Both the position numbers and the translations under genes were made by a program. DNA of 60,581 nucleotides, filler included, from Hausera hauseri (taxonomy: Eukaryota): assembly GCA_046269625.1 (NCBI GenBank). It is 9 parts of 9 records of this genome, joined end to end, with 100 filler letters (N's around TTAATTAATTAA, not from the genome) between each part and the next. Parts side by side here need not be neighbours in the genome. Positions count along the whole stretch, not along the records: positions 1 to 14,629 come from JBJURY010577670.1; positions 14,730 to 19,907 come from JBJURY010315163.1; positions 20,008 to 27,073 come from JBJURY010040000.1; 6 more parts are not named here. The stretch is one strand, 5' to 3'. The notes below the pieces were generated by a model. That model saw only the letters and a list, made by a program, of their open reading frames with translations, searched no databases and was not told the DNA's origin. Each line of letters opens with the position of its first letter. Within the stretch, counting starts at the first letter, position 1. This document shows positions 12,001-23,233 of the stretch, one piece after another.

Positions 12001-14629
12001 ATCAATTTATTGCGATGAGTCCTAATATGCAGGTCTCCAGAACTGGGTCAGTCCAAAATTTCTCCGACACAACATATTGCAGTGAGTCCAAATATGCAGG
12101 TCTCCGGAATATGGTTAAACCAAAATTTCTTCCGACTCAACTCATTGTGGTGAGTCCAAATATGCAAGTGTCCGGAACTGGGTTAGTCTGAAATTTTTTT
12201 CGACTCAACTCATTGCGGTGAGTCAAAATAAGCAAGTGTCCTAAACTGGGTCAGTCAAAAATTTTCTTCTACTCAACCCATTGAGATGCGACCGAATTAG
12301 CAGCTGTCCGTAACTGGGTCGGTACAAAATGTTTTCTACTCAACACATTGCGTTCAGTCCAAATATGCATGTGTCCGGAACGGGGTCAGTCCAAAATTTT
12401 TTCGACTCAACTCATTGCGTTGAGTCTAAATATCCAAGTGTCCAGAACAGGGTCAGTCCAAAATTTTTTTGAATCAATTTTTTGCGATCAGTCCTAATAT
12501 GCAGGTCTCCAGAACAGGGTCAGAGTAAAATTTCTCCGACACAACTCATTGCGGAGAGTCCGAATATGCAGGTGTCCGGAACTGGGTCAGTCCAAAATTT
12601 TTTCCGACACAACTCATTACGATCATTCCTAATATGCAGGTCTCCGGAATTTGGTTAATCCAAAATTTTTTCCGACACAAATCATTGCGGTGAGTCCGAA
12701 TATGCAGGTGTTCGTAACTGGATCAGTGCAAAATGTTTTCGCCTCAACTCATTGCGTTGAGTCCAAATATGCAGGTGTCCGGAACTGTGTCAGTCCAAAA
12801 TTTTCTTCTACTCAACTCACTGAGATGCGTCCGAATATGCAGGTGTCCGGAACTGGCTCATTCCAAAATTTTTTAGACGCAAATTATTGCGATAAGTCCA
12901 ATTATGCAGGTGTTCGTAACTGGATCAGTGCAAAATGTTTTCGCCTCAACTCATTGCGGTGAGTCCAAATATGCATTTGTCCGGAACTGGATCAGTCCCG
13001 AATTTTTTCAACTCAACTTATTGCGTTGAGTCTAAATATCCAAGTGTCCAAAACAGGGTCAGTCCAATATTTCTCCGACGCAACTCATTACGGTGTGTCC
13101 GAATATGCAGGTGTCCGGAACTGAGTCAATCCAAAATTTTTTTCTACTCAACTCATTGAGGTGCGTCCGAATATGCAGATGTCCGGAACTGGATCAGTCC
13201 AAAATTTTTTCAATTCAACTCATTGCAGGGAGTGCAAATGTGCAGGTCCAGAGCTGGTTCAGTCCAAAATTTTTCGCCTAAGCACACTGCGAATAGTGCA
13301 TATATGCTGGTGTCCAGAATTTGATCAGTACAAATTTTTCCGACACAGATAATTGCGGTGAGTCCGAATATGCAGGTGTACGTAACTGGGTCAGTCCAAA
13401 GTGTTTTCTACTCAGCTCATTGCGCTGAGTCCAAATATGCAGGTGTCCGTAACTGGGTCAGTCCACAATTGCTCCGACACAACACATTGCGGTGCGTCCG
13501 AATATGCAGGTCTCCGGAATTTGGTTAATCCAAAATTTTTTCCGACACAAAACTTTGCGGTGAGTCCGAATTTGTACTTGTCCGGAACTGGCTCACTCCA
13601 AAATTTTTTCGACGCAACATATTGCGATAAGTCCGACTATGCAGGTGTTCGTAACTGCGTCAGTCGAAAATTTTTCGACTCAACTCATTGCGTTGAGTCC
13701 GAATATGCAGGTGTCCGAAACTGGATCAGTCCAAAATTTTTTCAACTCAACTCATTGCAGTGAATGCAAATGTGCAGGTCCAGAGATGGGTCAGTCCAAA
13801 ATTTTTCCGACTCAACTCATTGCGCTGAGTCCAAATATGCAGGTCTCCGTAACTGGGTCAGTCCAAAAGTTTTTGCGAATCAATATATTGCGATGAGTCC
13901 TAATATGCAGGTCTCCAGAACTGGGTCAGTCCAAAATTTCTCCTACACAACTCATTGCGATAAGTCCGAATATGCAGGTCTCCGCAACTGGGTCATTCCA
14001 AAATACTTTCTGCTCAGCTCATTGCGTTGAGTCTAAATATGAAAGTGTCCGGAACTGGGGCAGTCCGAAATTTTTTTCGAATCAACTCATTGCGTTAAGT
14101 CCGAATATGCAGGCCTCCGTAACTGGGTCAGTCCAAAATGTTTCCTACTCAACTCATTGCGTTGAGTCCAATTATGCAGGTGTCCGGAACTGCATCAGTC
14201 CAAAATGTTTCCTACTCAACTCATTGCGTTGAATCCAAATATGCAGGTGTCCGTAACTGCATCAGTCCAAAATTTTTCCGACTCAACTAATTGCGGTGAG
14301 TGCGAATATGCAGGCCTCCGTAACTGGGTCAGTCCAAAATGTTTTCTACTCAACTCATTGCGTTGAATCAAAATATGCAGGTGTCCTGAACTGGGTCATT
14401 CCAAAATTTTATCTACTCAACTCATTGCTTTGAGTCTAAATATGCAAGTGTCCGTAACTGAGTCAGTCCAAAATTTTTTCGACTCAACCCATTGCTTTGA
14501 GTCTAAATATGCAGGTGTCCGTAACTGGGTCAGTCCAAAACTTTTCGATTCCAATCATTGCGGTGAGTCCGAATATGCAGGTTTCCGGAACTGGGTCATT
14601 CCAAAATTTTTTCGACGCAACTTATAGCG
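1..14629 (+). repeat. Satellite DNA array, ~67-bp monomer (66-68 bp), roughly 215 copies
   Basis: Continuous head-to-tail repeats of approximate consensus gtccgaatatgcaggtgtccggaactgggtcagtccaaaattttttcgactcaactcattgcggtga (67 bp). Runs to the scaffold end. Contains a 100-N gap at 5537-5636. Confidence 0.98.
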
Positions 14630-14729
14630 NNNNNNNNNNNNNNNNNNNNNNNNNNNNNNNNNNNNNNNNNNNNTTAATTAATTAANNNNNNNNNNNNNNN
14701 NNNNNNNNNNNNNNNNNNNNNNNNNNNNN
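14630..14729. other. Artificial scaffold linker N44-TTAATTAATTAA-N44
   Basis: Exactly 100 bp. The central 12-mer (14674-14685) has stops in all six frames. The same structure recurs 8 times. Confidence 0.97.
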
Positions 14730-15135
14730 AAGAAAATTTACATCCAACCAGTAATGACAATTTTGCCTGTTCACTTTTCCATTTAGAAAGAATTGTGACT
14801 CATCAGAAAAGACTATTAATCTATTATACTGATTATCATGTTTAATATTAATTAGCATTACATTAAAAAAATCAAGGCGATTGGCATAATCTTCTTCATT
14901 CAACTCCTGAGAGGTAAAGATTTTAAATGGATGGAACTTGTTTTTTTTAATCCTAACAATGTACGACTGACTGACACCTGTTTCACTTGCTGCTAATCTT
15001 GTGGAGATTTGGGGATTTGTAACAAAGGTGGCTAAATTGCTGTACTTATAACTTCATCTGTGGAAGTTCTTGCCCTCCCAGAACATTTTTTGTCTGCAAC
15101 ATTTTCATCTCGATATCTGCATACTTTTCCTCCGT
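14730..15135 (-). mobile_element. Tc1/mariner-superfamily transposase fragment (DUF4817-type HTH region to first catalytic Asp), decayed
   Basis: Minus strand reads VADKKCSGRARTST...NPQISTRLAASETGVSQS...KFHPFKIFTSQELNEEDYANRLDF...IVFSDESQFFLNGKVNRQNCHYW. This matches the SGRPRT and FSDE-x-F-x-LNG-x-VNRQN-x-R-x-W signatures. Has an internal stop and is cut by the scaffold end. Confidence 0.88.
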
Positions 15136-15564
15136 TGTGGTATGTATGGAGCGGGGATCGGTGCCAAGCCCGTAAAAGTTGCAACGGAAAATGGCAGACG
15201 AAAAATACGCAACTTTGAATGCAAAGCACCGATGACGCGCTCGGAAATATTAAAATTCTTGTCTAATGATAATAAGGAAAAAGATTGAGCGTCTATTTGT
15301 GTCATAGGGACCAAAAGACACGATGAAATTAATATGACAGAAAATGAAAAATTCAGAAGGAACCTGTATGGGATGACAAGGATTAAAATGATAGAAGAAA
15401 TAAGTCAAAAGAATCTGAATGGTATTAGGGAATGGTCGTCAGAAGGGAATTGAAGAAAAGAGAAGTTAAACCATCTGAAGAAAGGCGTCACAGTGGAACA
15501 AAGTAAACTGAGAAAATTAAACGGCAAAGTTATGAGAGAAAATTCTGTCCCCCCAGTGAAACAA

Positions 15565-15786
15565 ATGGAGAAACAAATAATTGTACGTTGTAGTGGACGT
15601 CACTACGTGATAGAGTCAATATAATTACAATCCTACCATGCTCTAATCGATCAAGTGAAGAAGTATCTAAGGATTAACGGTGAGTTTACGTTACCGTATA
15701 TCGGAAAACCACTGCGCACAGACGATGAAGTGAAGAATCTGAAGTACGGCTCAACAATTCACATAATGTTTCAGTTAAAAGGAGGA
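15565..15786 (+). pseudogene. Ubiquitin-like domain ending in di-Gly, in frame with BEL/Pao Gag
   Basis: Frame-1 translation MEKQIIVRCSGRHYVIESI*LQSYHALIDQVKKYLRINGEFTLPYIGKPLRTDDEVKNLKYGSTIHIMFQLKGG (74 codons, one stop at 15622). Aligns by eye to ubiquitin QIFVK...LIFAGKQL...STLHLVLRLRGG. Confidence 0.8.
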
Positions 15787-16897
15787 AGCGAACTGACTGC
15801 GGAGGATCTTGAAGAACGTATTGCCTAATGACGAAGACATATAAACGAATTAGCCTTTATTAGAAGGAGATTGATGGACACAAATTTGAGTGAACATGAC
15901 TACGACGTATTATACCAAAGTTACGAAAAGATTTTCTTAAATGACCAAGAAGAACTGCCTTTACTGACAACAGCAGCTAGAACATTAAAAACAAAAGAAA
16001 ACGTAACACTACTGGAGAACGAAATGGAGAAGTTAGACGAACAAAACGAGAAGATCAACACGATAATTTACTAGCGGAGCCTGTGAGATAACAAAATGGT
16101 CGCCAATGTAACATAAAAAACAGTGAATGACAAAGTGAAAGAGAAAGTAATCCTGCCGAAACTACAAAGCCTAGAGTTGCCAAAATTTGGTGGTGCAGTC
16201 TTCGAATACAACCGTTGGAGAAAAACTTTCGGTACGTGTGTGGATAAAACATTAATTTCTACCATATGCAAACAATTGCAGTTGGAAAGGTGCTTATATG
16301 GCGAGCCGAAAATGCTGACAGAAAACTTAGAATTATCGGAAGAAGGGTATAAGGCATCACTGGAAAAATTAGATTCTTACTACGGTGGTGAACAGCGCTC
16401 CTACGCGACGCTTATGACCGGAAGTCGTAAGGATCCGGGCAATAGACGAAGGAGACATTATCGGGCTAGACGAGTTAATATCACTTTTAGATGTAATAAT
16501 AGTGAGATTGAGAAATCCAGGGTGAACAGAGGAACTTGGGGAGGTTTATTGTACCAAAAACTTATGGAGAAACTCCCAGAATCAATCGTGTTACTGTGGG
16601 AAAGGCACGTCGTCGAGAAAAAGGCGAACAGGACCGTTGAAGAATTGAAGAATTGGATAGAAATAGAAGCGATGGTCAGGAGAAATGCCATAGAAAGAGT
16701 AAGAAAAATAGATGCGTTTAATACAAGTTAAGGTGGTCGATATTCGTCGTTAGGAGATGGTCGGTCGTATTTCACAAAGAAATCACAGTCGATAAAAAAG
16801 GGTTCGCGAATCCCAGTTTCAGAAAAATGATCAAGAGGTTAAAAAAGGGATACAGGCTAGCAGCACCAATTCAGAGCAAGAGGTCCGATCCCAAATA

Positions 16898-17043
16898 TGT
16901 TGGAACTACTATAAAAATGGTCAATGCAGGTTTGGGAATAATTGCAAATATTCACATGAACCTAGAAAAATGATCAGAGATGGTTATATAGGTTCTTTAT
17001 AAATGGGGGATGTAGGTATGGTGATGACTGTAAATTCCTACAT
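16898..17043 (+). pseudogene. Tandem CCCH-type zinc fingers in BEL/Pao Gag C-terminal region
   Basis: 16898-16957 CWNYYKNGQCRFGNNCKYSH is C-x8-C-x5-C-x3-H. 16987-17043 YRFFINGGCRYGDDCKFLH is (C>Y)-x7-C-x5-C-x3-H and lies in frame with the downstream protease ORF at 17095. One frameshift separates the fingers. Confidence 0.85.
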
Positions 17044-19907
17044 GAAAAAATTAGAAATAAGGAAAATAATAAAAATGGTTATAATAGAAGGAGAATGGAG
17101 AGCGAAACTGAAAATTCCTGTGCAAATATGGTAGGCACGGCACCAGAGGAGTCAGTGACACGGACGTTAAACAATAAAGAAGAAGGGGTACAAAATAAAC
17201 AAAAACGTGTCAGAACCTACGTAACCCAAGGTTCTCAGGGGGCAGACGAAAAAGAAGAAATGGTAGCTCTGAGGACAATGGAAGTATGGCTAAAGAATGG
17301 ACATAAAATGAGGAAAGCAATAATGCTGCTAGACAAATCTAGTAGGGAGAGTTTCGTAGATTCAAAAGTGTGTGAAGAGTTAGAGGTTGGTAGAAGACAG
17401 AGAGGCTGACGATAACAGTTGTCGGAGGAAAACAAACTGAGATATCCATTGGTAGGGTCAAAATGGAATTGATAAGTCTGGATCGATCGACGGAGGTCAA
17501 ATTCGCAGCGTTGGCCATGAGAAACCCAACCGGAAGGATGAGGGCAGTGAACTGGTCTATATAAATACAGAGGTAACCCCATCTAAAGAACATAAAATTC
17601 CCTACGATGTCCCACAGGTTAGAAGTGGATGGTATTATTGGGGCGAATCATATGGAATTATACCGATCAATTAAGGTATACGGCAAAAAGTGTGTGCCAG
17701 TGACGCGGTTAACTCTGTTGGGCTGGACTTGTGTTGGATAAATAAAGAAGGGAAAAAAGAACGTGAACAGCAATTTCGTAAGAACCTTTTTGACAAGGAC
17801 CGAAGAACTTCAAAATGACTTGAATTAATTGTGGGAGGTCGAAATATAGTCAAAGGAATCTCAATGAAGTATACTAAACGAGAAGATCATAAAGCAGGTA
17901 ATAGAAGAAACAACTTATGAGGAGAATAGGTACTGTGTGCCGTTACCATAAAAATGAGAAAGACAACCTAAAATGGAAAGTAACGGATGGATGGCACAAA
18001 ACGGTTAGATACTCTACGGAATAAGTTGGATAAAGATGGGAAGGTAAAGGCAGCCTACGAGAAGGTAATAGAAGCGCATACGAAGGAAAGATATATCCGA
18101 GTGGTGGAAGAACGAGCAGAACAGGAAACAGCTTGGCTGTTACCACATTTCCCGGTCATGAAAATTGACAGGGAAATAACAAAATGCCGAATAGATTTCG
18201 ATGCTGCTTCAAGATATCGGGGAAGTGTCTGAACGACTTTCTCAACCCCGGTCCAAAATTACAACTGGATATTATAGACATACTACTGAGGATGAGAAAA
18301 CGCCCATGGGTCGTCATATGTGACATCCAAGAAATGTTCTTGCAGATTAAGGTAAAGCAAGAGGATAACAAATATCTGAGATTCCTATGGTATAAGGATG
18401 AAAAACTCAAGACATACGAGTTCAATAGGTTGGTATTTGGGCTGAATGCCTCTCCGTTTATGGCGCAACTGATCTCAATGCATAAGGCCGAAAAGTTTAA
18501 AGAGAAATTCCCTAGAGATGTGGAAACAATAGAGTGCTCTACATACATGGATGACTTCATTGATTCAGTCAGTACCAAAAAGGAAGCTGTTTCACTATAC
18601 AATGAGCTAAATGAAATCTGAAAAAAGGCTGGGATGGAGCCACAGAAGTGGGTATCAAACTCCAATGAATTACTAAATTTAATACCTACTACAAGTCGAG
18701 CAAAGAAATTTAGTATAGTTGAAAAAACGGACGTTGTCACCAAGACGCTGGGGATGAAATGGAAAATCGAAGATGATACATTTGGATTTGAGAATCGCGA
18801 CAAGCAAGGGATAGAAATAACGAAAAGAACACTATGAAGTGTTCTAGCGAAGGTATTCGATCCGTTAGGCTTTCTTAATTGCTACACATTGTTGGGTAAA
18901 GTATACTTACAACAACTGTGGATGATGAATGTGGATTGGGACGAGAAGATCCCAAAGGAATAAAATGAGAAAATAAGAACATGGGTAAAAGGAATGGAGA
19001 GGTTGAGTGTAGTGAAAATACCAAGGTATTTACAATTCCAAGAGAACGGCGACAGTAAGATACATATATTTTGTGACATCTCAAGATGGGAATACGGGAC
19101 GGTAGCATATTTAAGAAATACAGTGGGAGACGAAATGAAGGTAGTAATTATATATTCGAAAGGTAAGGTGACACCAGTAAAGTCTGTAGCTATACCCGGC
19201 TGCAGTTGATGGCAGCCTGCATAGGGGTCAATCTGGAGAGGAAAGTGAGAAAGACCTTGTGCAACAATAAGGAAGACGTACAATATAGGACGGACAGTAT
19301 GAACGTACTGTACTGGATCAAAGGCTGTAGTAAGTATTACAAGACGTTTGTTGCGAATAGAGTCGGATACATCAACGAGGAATCAGCCGGAACACAATGG
19401 AGCTACGTGAAATCAGAACAAAACCCAGCAGACTACATGTCTAGGGGGTTAGACATCGAGGAACTAAAAAACAAAACAGAGTGGTGAAACGGTCCGGAGT
19501 TTCTTAAAAAGACGGAAGAACAATGGCCAAGTCAGCCCAGTGAGTTACCAAAGCCAAAGGACGAGGAAAGAAGAAAGGATGCGTTTACGTTGATGTCTTT
19601 GAGAAACATTGCGCCAGAAGGAGAAAATCGAAATCAGGAAGATGTAAACGACACGCAACAATATGTCGAGTCTCGTTGAGAGGAAATGGTCAGACGAAAG
19701 GTAGAAGAAATTGCGCAAACAGACGAAAATAATAATAGAACGAACCGAAATTGAGAAGGAATGCAAATTTAGAAATAATAAAGGAGGTCCAAGGAAAGAA
19801 GTTTTTTACAGAAATGAAAAATATACAATCTATTAAGCAAATTGACGTTAAAAGTGCCATCGCGAAGTCCAATCTCATTCTAAATGATGAAGGGGTATTG
19901 AAATCAA

Positions 19908-20007
19908 NNNNNNNNNNNNNNNNNNNNNNNNNNNNNNNNNNNNNNNNNNNNTTAATTAATTAANNNNNNNNNNNNNNNNNNNNNNNNNNNNNNNNNNNNN
20001 NNNNNNN
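19908..20007. other. Artificial scaffold linker
   Basis: N44-TTAATTAATTAA(19952-19963)-N44. Confidence 0.97.
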
Positions 20008-22668
<2,661 letters not shown>

Positions 22669-22734
22669 TCAGCCTTGATATATCTGACGCCAAGGTTGTT
22701 TATAGGGTTTTTTCATAATAAAATCCAGTATCGC

Positions 22735-23233
22735 TGTAATAAAGATTTATATTTTTTCAATTCAAACAAAACTAATTGATTATTTCAAAATCAATATCTA
22801 CAATATTTATATATACTGTACAAATATTTACATACGGTTTTGACATTTGTGGTAGAATTCGATGAATATTTTCTTTCCGGCGGAATATCAATTCATTCCT
22901 ATGTATATCTTTGTTTTTTGCCGAACATATTGAATTTTGACCAAAGGAATACTCAAATTCGTATTATGACCCGACATGACAGTAAAATTCGTTATAATTT
23001 CTTTATCTTGAGTAAAAGAACAATAACATGTTTCCGACTGTAAACTCGATTGTTTGGTTTGGTTGTTATAGTTCGTATAGGACGTTCCGGGACGACGAAA
23101 TAAAACACCAAAACACATCAATTCGTCGGCGAATGAGAAACAAGTGAAAATAAAATTGTATTTCTATTTAAATAAAAAAATGAAATAAAAACGAAAGCAC
23201 GATCTCGTTGTGCACAACATCACCCCCCCCTCG
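22735..23233 (-). repeat. Polypurine tract and probable 3' LTR of Gypsy copy 1
   Basis: Minus strand GAGGGGGGGGTGA is immediately followed by TGTTGTGCAC at 23219. A candidate LTR end ...TTATTACA lies at 22735 (alternative ...CCACA at 22848). The LTR end cannot be confirmed without the partner LTR. Confidence 0.55.

Larger units (their letters stand above)
15145..19907 (+). mobile_element. BEL/Pao LTR retrotransposon internal region (Gag-PR-RT-RNase H), decayed; integrase lost at scaffold end, no LTR seen
   Basis: Gag PKLQSLELPKFGG...W (DUF1759-like, 16123-16731). Protease-like LLDKSSRESF (~17325). RT LLPHFPVMK...KCRIDFDAAS, LNDFLNPGPKL, DIQEMFLQI, RLVFGLNASPF, YMDD (17987-18621). Also FDPLGF, RNase H IHIFCDIS...YGTVAYLR, and DSMNVLYWI...FVANRV...QNPADYMSRG. 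Many stops and frameshifts; the 5' boundary is approximate. Confidence 0.95.

Noticed and set aside
1-14629. CRISPR-like array (conserved blocks with variable segments, hairpin)
   Set aside because: There are no unique spacers; the whole monomer is homologous copy to copy. No cas genes are present and the context is eukaryotic TEs.
1-14629. Hammerhead ribozyme in the satellite (as in some animal satellites)
   Set aside because: No CTGANGA plus GAAA core found in the monomer consensus on either strand.
33-14685. Dozens of overlapping ORFs (SPNMQVSGTGSVQNFF / STHCGESEYAGVRNW / RCPELGQSKIF) suggesting a repeat or zinc-finger protein
   Set aside because: They are the three frames of a stop-poor 67-bp monomer. 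Monomer length is not a multiple of 3, T-tract indels shift frame freely, and no frame is preferentially kept.
14674-14685. TTAATTAATTAA as a biological palindrome or piggyBac-type site
   Set aside because: It is always centred in exactly 44+44 Ns, so it is an assembly spacer.
15159-15172. cggtgccaagcccg as the BEL/Pao primer-binding site
   Set aside because: It resembles TGGTGCC... but lacks the initial T, has no LTR upstream, and cannot be matched to a tRNA here.
15565-15786. Processed host ubiquitin/NEDD8 pseudogene inserted by chance
   Set aside because: Far too divergent from these highly conserved proteins, no polyA or TSD, and in frame with Gag on both sides. Better read as an element domain.
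18156-18803. Antisense ORFs over TE coding regions (e.g. 215 aa here; also 33495-33812 and 43486-43824)
   Set aside because: Shadow frames of the opposite-strand RT or low-complexity tail, with no independent motifs.
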